Assembly: GCA_028707875.1 (NCBI GenBank)
Contig: JAQWAC010000001.1
Coordinates: 13,829-77,828, forward strand
Direction of reading: 5' to 3'
Length of the DNA stretch: 64,000 bases
DNA from: Candidatus Peribacteraceae bacterium
GTDB lineage: Bacteria; Patescibacteriota; Gracilibacteria; Peribacterales; Peribacteraceae
In this document: positions 1 through 9,080 of the stretch, in pieces
How the letters are laid out: each line of letters opens with the position of its first letter
Numbering within the stretch: position 1 is the first letter of the stretch
Made by a program: the position numbers and the translations under genes
Notes under the pieces: model-generated
Told to the model about the DNA's origin: nothing
Database searches by the model: none
The model's input: only the letters and a program-made list of their open reading frames with translations

Positions 1-1152
1 GAACGGAGCATCATCGCGGCCCTCGACGTTGAAGATGGGAAAGTGAAGATCAACGGCTGGCGGCGGAGCAGCGGTGCAAGTCTCCTGAGGGCGGTACGGC
101 TGGCCCGTGAATGCGGAATACTGCGGATATTGGTGACGGATATTTGTCGGGATGGTATGGAGAACGGGCCCAATGACGCGTTGTATGCCGCCCTGATGAA
201 ACAATTTCCCGATATGGAAATCATTGCGAGCGGCGGAATCCGGAATCTTCAGGACATTCGCACGTTGCGCGAATCAGGAGTGCAATCCGTTGTGGTGGGG
301 AAAGCGTTGCTGGAAAATCCTTCATTGCTCATGTCGTTCATTGATGCGAGAAGGGGATTATTGTCATCGAATGTTTCGCGGATCGAACGATATGACGGTC
401 TGGCGATTCGTGTCATTCCCTGTCTGGACGTGATGCGGGGGCGGGTCGTAAAGGGCACGTGCTTCGCCGATCTCCGCGATGCGGGTGATCCTGTTGAGCT
501 TGCGAAACGTTATGCGGAAGAGGGAGCTGATGAGTTGGTGTTCCTTGATATCACTGCGACATCCGACGGCAGGAAGACCGTTTTGGATCTCGTTTCGAAA
601 GTGGCGGATGCCGTGAATATTCCTTTCACCATCGGCGGAGGTGTCCGGAGTGCTGATGACGCGCACGCTCTCCTCGGTGCGGGGGCGGACAAAGTGGCGG
701 TGAACTCTGCCGCGGTCGGGAATCCTTCGTTGCTGAATGACATTGCGAAGGAGCTTGGGAGAGCCAATACCGTCTGTGCGATCGATGCACGGAGGAAGGG
801 GGGGGGCTGGACGGTGCTCACACGTGGCGGAAGAGACGATGCTTGCATGGATGCTGTTGTCTGGGCGGAGGAGGCGGTGGCGCGCGGGGCGGGGGAGCTC
901 CTCGTGACATCCTTCGACCGGGACGGGACCGGCAGGGGATTCGATACGGACTTGCTTGCCTGCATCAAAGAAAAAGTCTTCGTGCCAGTCATCGCATCGG
1001 GCGGCGGCGGGGAGCTCCGTTCCTTCGTGGATGCCGTGCGCTTTGGGCGGGCGGACGCCGTGCTTGCGGCAAGCGTTTTCCACTTCGACAGATTCTCTGT
1101 GCGCGATGTAAAAAACAGTCTTCGTACTTCTTCCTTCCCCGTTCGACTATGA
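1..1152 (+). CDS. hisF: HisA (C-terminal half, 5' end cut by window edge) fused in frame to HisF (imidazole glycerol phosphate synthase cyclase subunit)
   Basis: Frame 1 is open from nt 1. The first ~100 aa (ALDVEDGKVKINGW, ILVTDICRDGMENGPN, IIASGGIRNLQDI, VVVGKALLEN) look like the C-terminal half of HisA. With no stop, a ~25-aa linker leads into a complete HisF (RVIPCLDV, GDPVELAKRY, GADELVFLDITAT, IPFTIGGGV, VTSFDRDGT, IASGGGG). Stop TGA 1150-1152. Confidence 0.8.
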   Translation, partial: ERSIIAALDVEDGKVKINGWRRSSGASLLRAVRLARECGILRILVTDICRDGMENGPNDALYAALMKQFPDMEIIASGGIRNLQDIRTLRESGVQSVVVGKALLENPSLLMSFIDARRGLLSSNVSRIERYDGLAIRVIPCLDVMRGRVVKGTCFADLRDAGDPVELAKRYAEEGADELVFLDITATSDGRKTVLDLVSKVADAVNIPFTIGGGVRSADDAHALLGAGADKVAVNSAAVGNPSLLNDIAKELGRANTVCAIDARRKGGGWTVLTRGGRDDACMDAVVWAEEAVARGAGELLVTSFDRDGTGRGFDTDLLACIKEKVFVPVIASGGGGELRSFVDAVRFGRADAVLAASVFHFDRFSVRDVKNSLRTSSFPVRL

Positions 1153-1757
1153 CTTCTCCTCTCTCCATGCCGCTCTGGCAAAACAATCCCGACACGCTGC
1201 TTCCTGCAATCGTGCAGGATCAGAACACCGGGCAGGTGCTCATGCTCGGTAACATGAATGAAGAAGCATTCATGCGAATGCAGAAAACCGGAAAGGTGAC
1301 ATTCTTCAGCCGCTCGAGGCAGCGGCTCTGGGAGAAGGGGGAGACCTCGGGAAACACTCTTCGCTTCATCTCCGCTTCCGTCGATTGTGACGGAGATGCC
1401 CTCCTCATTCGTGCGATTCCTGTCGGTCCGACATGTCACACGGGAGATCGTTCGTGCTTTTCTGCGGAAGAAACAGCCCCCGAGACCATCGGGAATCTGG
1501 CGGCAACCATTCGCAGGAGGGCGGAGACCGGTTCGTCGGTCTCATACACCAAGCAGCTGCTTACGGGCGGAGTCGCTTTCTATGGAGCGAAAGTACTGGA
1601 GGAGGCGGAGGAAGTTGTCCGAGCGGCAAAACAGGAGGGAAAGCGGCGCACAATCGAGGAAGCCGCTGATCTGCTTTATCACTTGCTGGTTCTGTTGGAG
1701 GGGGAGGGGATCTCCTTGGACGAAATTGCGGGAGAATTGCGCAAGCGGAGGCGCTGA
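1149..1757 (+). CDS. hisIE: bifunctional phosphoribosyl-AMP cyclohydrolase / phosphoribosyl-ATP pyrophosphatase HisIE
   Basis: ATG at 1149 overlaps the hisF stop (ATGA). N-terminal PRA-CH motifs (LLPAIVQD, FFSRSRQRLWEKGETSGN, DCDGDALL, GPTCHTG) and C-terminal PRA-PH helix pair (KVLEEAEEV, EAADLLYHLLVLL). The longer ORF from 843 only overlaps hisF. Confidence 0.9.
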   Translation: MTSPLSMPLWQNNPDTLLPAIVQDQNTGQVLMLGNMNEEAFMRMQKTGKVTFFSRSRQRLWEKGETSGNTLRFISASVDCDGDALLIRAIPVGPTCHTGDRSCFSAEETAPETIGNLAATIRRRAETGSSVSYTKQLLTGGVAFYGAKVLEEAEEVVRAAKQEGKRRTIEEAADLLYHLLVLLEGEGISLDEIAGELRKRRR

Positions 1758-1799
1758 TATGCGATTGTCTCCTGCGGGGCCCTTCGTTACAGTGACCTC

Positions 1800-3065
1800 G
1801 TGCACCAGTCCCGCTTCAGGAAATTTCTGAAAGCCGTCGGTCCCGGGTTCATCACCGGATCCGCCGATGATGATCCGTCCGGCATCGCCACGTATTCGCA
1901 GACGGGAGCGCAATTCGGCTACACCCAGTTGTGGTTTGTGCTTTTTGTGATGCCGTTTATGATCGCCATTCAGGAGATGTGCGGGCGGATCGGTCTCGTC
2001 ACGGGAAGCGGTCTTTCCGGCGTCATCCGGAAGCATTACTCAAAGCCGCTGCTCTATTGCGCCGTTGCGACCCTCCTCATTGCAAACACGATCAACATCG
2101 GTGCGGATCTGGGGGCGATGGCGTCCTCCGCGGAACTGGTGCTCGGTCTTCCGTACATCTTCTGGCTCATCGGCATGACGGCTTTGATTATTTTCCTCGA
2201 AGTATTCGTTGCATACCGTACGTACGTCAAGGTGCTCAAGTATCTCTGCTTCTCCCTCTTCGCCTATATCATCGCGGCCTTCAGCGTCACGCAGCCGTGG
2301 GGGGAGATTCTCCGTTCGCTCTTCGTGCCCTTCTTCTCCTTCTCCAAGGAGTATCTCTTCAACCTCGTCGCGCTCTTCGGCACCACGATCTCGCCCTACC
2401 TTTTCTTCTGGCAATCGGACGAGGAGGTGGAAGAGGAGATCCTGCATCACCAGATCAGGGATTTCGGCACGGGGATGCCCCATGTCAGCAGCAGGACGAT
2501 GCATGAGATGCGTCTGGACACCTCCATGGGGATGTTCTTCAGCAATCTCATCACATTCTTCATCATCACGACCACGGCATCGACGCTCGGTGCCAACGGG
2601 ATCCGGACCGTCGCGACGGCCACGGAGGCGGCGGAAGCCCTTCAGCCTCTTGCCGGTCCGTTCGCATCGCTCCTGTTCGCCGCAGGCGTCATCGGAACGG
2701 GGCTCCTTGGCGTGCCCATTCTTGCCGCTTCCGCGTCATATGCGATCTCCGAGGCGGTGGGGTGGAAGCCGGGGCTTTTCCGTACGTTCAAGCAGGCGCC
2801 GGGGTTCTATCTGGTGATCGTTCTTTCCACGGTCGTGGGACTTACGGTGAACCTCCTGGGGGTCCCCTCCTTCACCATGCTCTACTACGCGGCCGTTCTT
2901 AACGGAATCATGGCCCCTCCGCTCATGATGTTCATTTTGCTTGTGGCGAACAACCGCGCCATCATGGGGCGCAATACGAACGGATGGTTCTCCAATGTGG
3001 CCGGATTCATTCTGACGATGGCGATGTCGATCGCTGCAGCCGCTCTCATTGTCATGCTCTTCTAG
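1800..3065 (+). CDS. Nramp-family divalent metal cation transporter
   Basis: GTG start. N-terminal GPGFITGSADDDPSGIATYSQTGAQFGY signature of Nramp-like transporters; about 11 hydrophobic segments across 421 aa. Confidence 0.8.
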   Translation: MHQSRFRKFLKAVGPGFITGSADDDPSGIATYSQTGAQFGYTQLWFVLFVMPFMIAIQEMCGRIGLVTGSGLSGVIRKHYSKPLLYCAVATLLIANTINIGADLGAMASSAELVLGLPYIFWLIGMTALIIFLEVFVAYRTYVKVLKYLCFSLFAYIIAAFSVTQPWGEILRSLFVPFFSFSKEYLFNLVALFGTTISPYLFFWQSDEEVEEEILHHQIRDFGTGMPHVSSRTMHEMRLDTSMGMFFSNLITFFIITTTASTLGANGIRTVATATEAAEALQPLAGPFASLLFAAGVIGTGLLGVPILAASASYAISEAVGWKPGLFRTFKQAPGFYLVIVLSTVVGLTVNLLGVPSFTMLYYAAVLNGIMAPPLMMFILLVANNRAIMGRNTNGWFSNVAGFILTMAMSIAAAALIVMLF

Positions 3066-3086
3066 AAAGGCTCCGGATATGCAGGA

Positions 3087-3100
3087 CAGGAATATTCCTG
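3087..3100. terminator. perfect palindrome CAGGAATATTCCTG between convergent genes (possible bidirectional terminator)
   Basis: Lies between the Nramp stop (3065) and the FMN-reductase stop (3119). Short stem and weak U-run. Confidence 0.3.
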
Positions 3101-3118
3101 CCCTACGTCTATAGCTTT

Positions 3119-3793
3119 TCAAAAAAATCGTTCGGCAAAGGAGCGGATGATGCGGTTTGCGAGGTTTGCGAGCGAGCGTTTCAGCGGGAGCTTGCCGGTT
3201 CTCGCATACTCAGAGACGAGCCTTGAGAATTTCTCGCCTTCTGACCGGACTTTCTTCAGGCTCCCGGGTCGTTCATGGACCACGAGTCCGAAGACGCCGC
3301 GCCCTTTGGTGCATCTGGGTTCAAAGTGCGTTCCGCAGTGTGCCGCGCCGAAATATTTGAAAGCCTCCGCGACGGAACTCGTGGTTTTCTTCAGAAGTGC
3401 GGTCCATGCGGGTGCCGGTGCCCCGCCGGTGAAAATCAGGAAGAAAGGCAGTCCCGTGAGTGCCGCGCGGGTGTGGTTTTCCCCCAGACCGAAGGCTCCG
3501 ATACGATCGATCAGATTCTTCAAATGTGCCGGGACGGAGAAATTCCAGACGGGGGAGGCGATGACGAGTCCGTTGAGATTCCGGAATGCCTCTTTGAGGC
3601 GGCGAAAGTCTTCCTCTTCCGGGGCATCGGGTGCGTAGTGCTTGAGGGAGAAGTGTTCCAGACCGAGATCCCTCACGAACAATTTTGTCACTTCCGAAGC
3701 GGGATTCAGCCGTATGCCTTCGATGAATGCATCCGCCAGCACGTTCGCATTGCTCGGATCATTCGTGCCGGCGAGGAGGACAAGAATCTTCAT
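3119..3793 (-). CDS. NAD(P)H-dependent FMN reductase / flavodoxin-like fold oxidoreductase
   Basis: Start chosen at MKILVLLAGTNDPSNANVLA (ATG at 3793). LVIASPVWNFSVPAHLKNLIDRI is typical of the FMN_red family. Confidence 0.8.
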   Translation of the reverse strand: MKILVLLAGTNDPSNANVLADAFIEGIRLNPASEVTKLFVRDLGLEHFSLKHYAPDAPEEEDFRRLKEAFRNLNGLVIASPVWNFSVPAHLKNLIDRIGAFGLGENHTRAALTGLPFFLIFTGGAPAPAWTALLKKTTSSVAEAFKYFGAAHCGTHFEPRCTKGRGVFGLVVHERPGSLKKVRSEGEKFSRLVSEYARTGKLPLKRSLANLANRIIRSFAERFF

Positions 3794-4052
3794 GGAAGGA
3801 ATGTAAAGCAATTGAAGAAAGCCATGATTGCGGGAGCTCTCGATGCACATCATAGCGTGTGCTGATCATTGTTGCTTGTTTCGCTTTCATTGCTTTCTTC
3901 GATCACTTCTTCGCATTAATTTCCACTTTACTCTTCCTTGGAAATGGTACGGCGCTCTCATTTGAAAAGGGTTTGATTTTGTGACTTCCTGTGAGAGGAT
4001 AGCCCCCATTTTCCATTCGGGGCCCGGTCATGTTTGCTTACGGACGAATTCA

Positions 4053-4081
4053 TTGACCGGATACCAGACACTCAATATCTT
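4053..4081 (+). promoter_or_regulatory. candidate sigma70-type promoter of nrdJ (TTGACC-N17-TATCTT)
   Basis: TTGACC at 4053-4058, 17-nt spacer, TATCTT at 4076-4081. The -10 overlaps the first palindromic operator. Confidence 0.4.
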
Positions 4082-4117
4082 GTGTCCTTGGTTCAGGACA
4101 CACACAAGATGCTGTGT
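4068..4117 (+). promoter_or_regulatory. tandem NrdR-box-like palindromic operators
   Basis: ACAC-TCAATATCTT-GTGT (4068-4085) and ACAC-ACAAGATGCT-GTGT (4100-4117), starts 32 bp apart (three helical turns), directly upstream of a ribonucleotide reductase gene. The core is N10, not the N8 of the published NrdR consensus. Confidence 0.45.
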
Positions 4118-4153
4118 TCTTCACTTTTCTGCCTCTCTTCCGTTCCCGTTCCC

Positions 4154-7100
4154 ATGCAGCCCCGATCCGCCTCCGTTCCGCAGGCAGCAGCCGCTCCGCG
4201 CAAAGAGTCCGCCTCTCACTTTCATCGTGGGAAGGGTCTTGCCGTCCCGCGTGTCTTCACGACTCCCGGGAGTGATCCTCTGGAGGAAGTGAAGTACGAG
4301 AAGCGCACCAGTCGCATCAAGAACCCCGACGGGTCCGTCGTCTTTGAGATGGAGGGTGCCGAGGTGCCCGTGGAATGGAGCCAGATGGCGACGGATATCA
4401 TGGTGAGCAAGTATTTCCGCAGGGCCGAAGTGCCCCAGACCGATGCGCACGGGAATGTCCTGCGCGACGAGCAGGGCGTCGTCGTCACGGGGCCCGAGCG
4501 CAGCGTGAAGCAGGTGATCCGCAGGCTTGCGGGGTGCTGGCGGCACTGGGGGCAGCAGGAGGGATACTTTGAGACGGCACAGGATGCTCAGGCCTTCGAA
4601 GACGAACTTTCCTACATGCTCGTGCATCAGATGGCGGCACCCAACAGTCCCCAGTGGTTCAACACAGGTCTTAAGTATGCCTACGGCATCACGGGGCCGG
4701 CACAGGGTCATTACTATTGCGATCCCAAGACGGGTGAGATGAAGCAGAGCGAGGATGCCTACACACATCCGCAACCGCATGCGTGCTTCATTCTCTCGGT
4801 GGCGGATGACATGGTGAATCCGGGCGGCATCATGGATCTCTGGGTCCGCGAGGCGCGCCTCTTCAAGTACGGATCGGGGACGGGCACGAACTTCAGCAAG
4901 CTTCGTGGCGGCAAGGAACCCCTCTCAGGCGGCGGGATGAGTTCGGGGCTCATGAGTTTCCTCAAGATCGGTGATCGTGCCGCAGGAGCCATCAAATCAG
5001 GCGGAACGACACGTCGGGCAGCCAAGATGGTCTGTCTGGATCTGGATCATCCGGATATCGTCGAATTTATCGACTGGAAGGCAAAGGAGGAGAAGAAGGT
5101 CGAGGCGCTCGCGGATGCGGGCTACTCCACCGACTTCAACGACGAGGCGTATCAGACGGTTTCCGGTCAGAACTCCAATAACTCCGTCCGCGTGCCGCAT
5201 GCGTTCTTCGAAGCGGTGGAGAAGGACGGCGACTGGAACCTCTACTGGCGCACGGAGCTCCGGAAGGCCGCCAAGGAGGGGAGAGAGCCTGCGCCCTGCA
5301 ACGTTCTGCGTGCACGGGATCTCTGGGACAAGATCGGGTTCGCCGCGTGGGCGTGCGCCGATCCGGGCGTGCAATACGACACCACCATTAACGACTGGCA
5401 CACGTGTCCCGCGGACGGTCGTATCAATGCGAGCAATCCCTGCAGTGAGTACATGTTCCTCGACAACACCGCCTGCAACCTCGCGTCCATCAATGCGCTG
5501 AAGTTCTACGATGAGGAACACGCGAGCTTCCGGGCGGAGGAATTCAAACACGCGGTGCGTCTCTGGACGATCGTGCTCGAGATCTCCGTTCTGATGGCGC
5601 AGTTCCCGAGCAAGGAGATCGCCGATTTGAGTTACCGCTACCGCACACTGGGGCTCGGACATGCGAATCTGGGTGCCATGCTCATGCGCATGGGGATCCC
5701 GTACGACTCCGATGCCGCGCGGGCGCTCGCCGGCGTCATCACGGCGATCATGACGGGGGAGTCCTATGCCGCCTCGGCGGAGATGGCCGGCAAGCTCGGG
5801 ACATTCTCCGCCTTCGCAAGCAACCGCGAAGACATGCTCCGTGTCATCCGCAATCACCGACGTGCCGTCTACGACGCGCCCGGACGGGAATATGAGGGAC
5901 TGCACGTCGTGCCGGTCGGCATCGACCAGCGCACGGCACCCGCAGACCTCCTGTCCGTCGCCAAGGAGTGCTGGGATCGCGCACTCGCGCTCGGGGAGCA
6001 GAATGGCTTCCGCAACGCGCAAGTGAGTGTCATCGCGCCCACGGGGACGATCGGGCTCCTCATGGACTGCGACACGACGGGCATTGAGCCGGATTTCGCC
6101 CTTGTGAAGTTCAAGAAGCTTGCGGGCGGCGGCTACATGAAGATTGTCAACCAGTCCGTGGAGTCCGCTCTGCGTGCGCTCGGGTACACCGATGACCGGA
6201 TGCGCGACATCATGCGCTATGTCATGGGCACATTGAGTCTGGAGGGGGCCCCCCACGTGAACCGCGATACGTTGAAGAGAAAAGGCTTCACGGATGAGGA
6301 CATCGCCAAAGTGGAGAAGAATCTGCCCTCTGTCTTCGACTTCCGTTCGGCCTTCAGCAAGTGGGCTCTCGGACCGGAACTGATGGAGCGATTGGGATTC
6401 TCCAAAGAGCGCACGGATGATCCTTCCTTCGATCTTCTCGCAACGCTCGGCTTCACTCCGCAGCAGGTGGAGGAGGCCAATGTCGTCGTCTGCGGTTACA
6501 TGACCGTGGAGGGCGCGCCGCTCCTCAAGCCTGAGCACCTGCCGGTCTTCGACTGTGCCAGCCGGTGCGGCAAGGAGGGCAAGCGCTATATCTCCGCGGA
6601 GGGGCATATCCGCATGATGGCCGCCATACAGCCGTTCATCACCGGTGCCATTTCCAAGACCATCAATCTTCCGAATGAGGCCACGGTGGAGGATATCAAG
6701 AATGCCTACTTGCTTTCATGGAAGCTCGGTCTCAAAGCGAATGCGCTCTACCGGGACGGCTGCAAACTGAGCCAGCCGCTCTCCGGTCAGTCAAAAAAGG
6801 CCAGGAAGAAAGACGAAGAGAAGGTGCCCGAAGTGCGCCGTGAAGTGGTGGAGAGGGTCATTGTGAAGGAGGTGCCGCGTCGCCGGAAGCTCCCCGATGA
6901 GCGGCCGTCCCTGACGCACAAATTCTCCGTGGGCGGGCATGAGGGGTACCTGCACGTCGGTCTGTATGAAGACGGAAAGCCCGGAGAGATCTTTATCAAG
7001 ATAGCCAAAGAAGGTTCCACGCTCTCCGGCGTGATGGATACGTTGGCGCTCTCGCTCTCCATGAATCTGCAGTACGGCGTCCCGCTGGAAGTTCTCTGCG

Positions 7101-7540
7101 AGAAGCTGGTGCGCACGCGCTTCGAGCCCATGGGCATGACGAGCAACAAGGAGATTCCGATGGTACAAAGTCTCATGGATTACCTCGGACGGTGGCTTGC
7201 GCTCAAGTTCCTCACAAAGGACATGGCCATGCGCTTCCATAACGCCGATCTGGTTGAGCGTGCCTATCATGAAGGCTCCAAGAGCAAAGATGCCTTTGCG
7301 ATGTCACTTCCCATTGTCGACGAAGGCGCGCAGGCAAACGGTTTTGCGCACATTGTCTCCGTCGGCATGCCCAAGGAGGATCTCTCCGTTCTCAGTAAGC
7401 CTCTCACGTCGCATGTGGACAGCGCCCGTCAGCAGGGATTCACGGGGTCGATCTGCTCCGGATGCGGCAGCATCCGCATGAAGCGCAACGGATCGTGCGA
7501 AGTGTGTCTGGATTGCGGCGCAACGAGCGGCTGCAGCTAA
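4154..7540 (+). CDS. nrdJ: class II (adenosylcobalamin-dependent) ribonucleotide reductase NrdJ
   Basis: Typical N-terminus (VEWSQMATDIMVSKYFRR), NPCSEY active-site region, TGIEPDFALVKFKKLAGGG, ISKTINLP, C-terminal Cys cluster. Start set at ATG 4154, downstream of the operator pair; 4034 and 4109 are alternatives. Confidence 0.9.
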   Translation: MQPRSASVPQAAAAPRKESASHFHRGKGLAVPRVFTTPGSDPLEEVKYEKRTSRIKNPDGSVVFEMEGAEVPVEWSQMATDIMVSKYFRRAEVPQTDAHGNVLRDEQGVVVTGPERSVKQVIRRLAGCWRHWGQQEGYFETAQDAQAFEDELSYMLVHQMAAPNSPQWFNTGLKYAYGITGPAQGHYYCDPKTGEMKQSEDAYTHPQPHACFILSVADDMVNPGGIMDLWVREARLFKYGSGTGTNFSKLRGGKEPLSGGGMSSGLMSFLKIGDRAAGAIKSGGTTRRAAKMVCLDLDHPDIVEFIDWKAKEEKKVEALADAGYSTDFNDEAYQTVSGQNSNNSVRVPHAFFEAVEKDGDWNLYWRTELRKAAKEGREPAPCNVLRARDLWDKIGFAAWACADPGVQYDTTINDWHTCPADGRINASNPCSEYMFLDNTACNLASINALKFYDEEHASFRAEEFKHAVRLWTIVLEISVLMAQFPSKEIADLSYRYRTLGLGHANLGAMLMRMGIPYDSDAARALAGVITAIMTGESYAASAEMAGKLGTFSAFASNREDMLRVIRNHRRAVYDAPGREYEGLHVVPVGIDQRTAPADLLSVAKECWDRALALGEQNGFRNAQVSVIAPTGTIGLLMDCDTTGIEPDFALVKFKKLAGGGYMKIVNQSVESALRALGYTDDRMRDIMRYVMGTLSLEGAPHVNRDTLKRKGFTDEDIAKVEKNLPSVFDFRSAFSKWALGPELMERLGFSKERTDDPSFDLLATLGFTPQQVEEANVVVCGYMTVEGAPLLKPEHLPVFDCASRCGKEGKRYISAEGHIRMMAAIQPFITGAISKTINLPNEATVEDIKNAYLLSWKLGLKANALYRDGCKLSQPLSGQSKKARKKDEEKVPEVRREVVERVIVKEVPRRRKLPDERPSLTHKFSVGGHEGYLHVGLYEDGKPGEIFIKIAKEGSTLSGVMDTLALSLSMNLQYGVPLEVLCEKLVRTRFEPMGMTSNKEIPMVQSLMDYLGRWLALKFLTKDMAMRFHNADLVERAYHEGSKSKDAFAMSLPIVDEGAQANGFAHIVSVGMPKEDLSVLSKPLTSHVDSARQQGFTGSICSGCGSIRMKRNGSCEVCLDCGATSGCS

Positions 7541-7622
7541 GCTGTATGAGGTATTTTGTATCCTGTATTATGTATTGATTGGGGGATACTTCATACGTCA
7601 TACGAAATACGTCATACTGCAG
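7541..7622. repeat. word-periodic imperfect hairpin (GTATG/GTATT words), element A
   Basis: Left arm CTGTATGAGGTATTTTGTATCCTGTATTATGTAT. The reverse complement of the right arm reads CTGCAGTATGACGTATTTCGTATGACGTATGAAGTAT. Loop TGATTGGGGG. The right arm ends in CATACT, 6 nt before the ATG at 7625. Confidence 0.6.
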
Positions 7623-7624
7623 TC

Positions 7625-8068
7625 ATGTCCGACTCCTGGCTCGATCACATCCCCTCGCACGAACGCCAGCGCATCCTGAAGAGGCTACGCAGTCCGGAGG
7701 AATACGAGAAATTGCGTGAGAAGGTGAAAGGGCCGGAGGATCTGGAGCGGGAGATGGAGAGAAATGAGCGCATGGCCGAGCTGAAGTTTGCGATGGAGAC
7801 CGAACCGAAGTTGAAGAGCGCTCTGAAGGAGCAGGTGGTGGAGGATATCCAGGAACATGGGCTGGAGGAGGTTGTGGAAACAAGTGCATTACCCAAGGAA
7901 GCCAGATCGGCGTTGGAGGCAAGGAAATTCACTCTGACCATTGATGCCAACAAGGTAACGCACGAAGACCAGATCATGGTGGTTCCGGAGGGGAATGTGC
8001 AGGAAGCGGTTCCCGTGAAGCCGACTTTCAGTGACCGGTACGTCGGGCAATTCTCGCGTGACGTCTAA
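7625..8068 (+). CDS. hypothetical protein, highly charged (Glu/Lys-rich)
   Basis: ORF from MSDSWLDHIPSHERQRILKRL; no recognisable family. Confidence 0.55.
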   Translation: MSDSWLDHIPSHERQRILKRLRSPEEYEKLREKVKGPEDLEREMERNERMAELKFAMETEPKLKSALKEQVVEDIQEHGLEEVVETSALPKEARSALEARKFTLTIDANKVTHEDQIMVVPEGNVQEAVPVKPTFSDRYVGQFSRDV

Positions 8069-8251
8069 AGATGATGCGTGCACAGAGAGGCCGCCCGTCC
8101 CGGATTTTCAGAGAGACAGGAACAAGACCCCGAATGCACAGATAAAAAGGAATAGGCGCATGAGGCCGCGCAGCCTACGGCAATTCCGTCCAAATTTTCA
8201 AGTCCGTGAGGAAAAGAGCCCTTGCGTAAGCGCTTCCAACTGAACAAAATA

Positions 8252-8566
8252 TTATTTCAAAAAATCCTTTTGCAATCCCGAGAGTTTGGCCATGTCATCA
8301 TCAGGAGCGGTCTTGTTGGCGATCGTTTTTCCGCAGGTGATGCACCGGTGGACGATCATCCAGCCCTTGCTGCTGCGATGGTCCACTCCCACGGGTTCCA
8401 TGAGGCCGCCGCACGTGGATTCCCGGTCGCCCGGACCACGGTCATCCACATGCTTGGAGAACAGACATTGCGGACAGTGGTTGCGGTAGCTTCCTTTTAG
8501 GAGCGGTTTCACTTCGGCGCCGCAGTGTTCGCAGATGAAGGGCTCTTGGCGAGCAATGAAGGTCAT
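8252..8566 (-). CDS. RNHCP domain-containing protein
   Basis: Contains the literal SYRNHCPQC motif plus CEHC and CITC cysteine pairs. Start at MTFIARQ (ATG 8566). Confidence 0.75.
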   Translation of the reverse strand: MTFIARQEPFICEHCGAEVKPLLKGSYRNHCPQCLFSKHVDDRGPGDRESTCGGLMEPVGVDHRSSKGWMIVHRCITCGKTIANKTAPDDDMAKLSGLQKDFLK

Positions 8567-8567
8567 A

Positions 8568-8607
8568 GGAAACCGAAGAAACCAAAGATGCCGAAGAATC
8601 CGAGGAG
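8568..8607. repeat. left arm of the inverted repeat flanking the four-helix-bundle gene (CCGAAGA words)
   Basis: GGAAACCGAAGAAACCAAAGATGCCGAAGAATCCGAGGAG matches the reverse complement of 9081-9130. Confidence 0.65.
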
Positions 8608-8722
8608 TTCCATAAACTTGCAGAACCGATTGTACCGCTTCCAGATTCACAAAGAAGCAAAAATGAAATATTTGGCAATTTGATGATGAAGATATTTCTT
8701 CGGTTCTCAGTACAGTTATTGC

Positions 8723-9079
8723 ATGCATATTCGCCCATACGAGAAGATAATTGCATGGCAGGAAGCTCATCAGCTGACTCTGTATATTTATAAACTGACA
8801 TCTGGATTTCCTTCACACGAACGATTCGGCCTAATTTCTCAAATGCGTCGTTCAAGCGCCAGTGTTCCTATCAATATTGCCGAGGGGAATGCAAAACGTT
8901 CGCATCGTGAGCGGGCATGTTATCTAGAAAGGGCATCTGCCTCACTTGAAGAACTGCACTATGAATGCGTTCTTGCGCGGGACCTTAGTTACCTGTCCTT
9001 TGCCGAGTACGGAATGTGTGATGATCATATTCAGCGTACGAGTTATCTTCTTACAAAACTTCGATCCAGTATTTGTTAA
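8723..9079 (+). CDS. four-helix-bundle protein (23S rRNA intervening-sequence protein / Avd-like family)
   Basis: AWQEAHQLTLYIYKLTSGFPSHERFGLISQMRRSSASVPINIAEGNAKRS and LEELHY are the family hallmarks. Confidence 0.85.
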   Translation: MHIRPYEKIIAWQEAHQLTLYIYKLTSGFPSHERFGLISQMRRSSASVPINIAEGNAKRSHRERACYLERASASLEELHYECVLARDLSYLSFAEYGMCDDHIQRTSYLLTKLRSSIC

Positions 9080-9080
9080 A

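Noticed and set aside
843-1148. N-terminal 102 aa of the ORF 843-1757.
   Set aside because: It overlaps hisF in another frame with a junk-like sequence. The HisIE homology begins at the ATG at 1149, which overlaps the hisF stop.
3854-4153. Possible cobalamin riboswitch upstream of the B12-dependent nrdJ.
   Set aside because: No B12-box-like GCCACTG core or matching helices are visible. The region is better explained by a promoter plus tandem palindromic operators.
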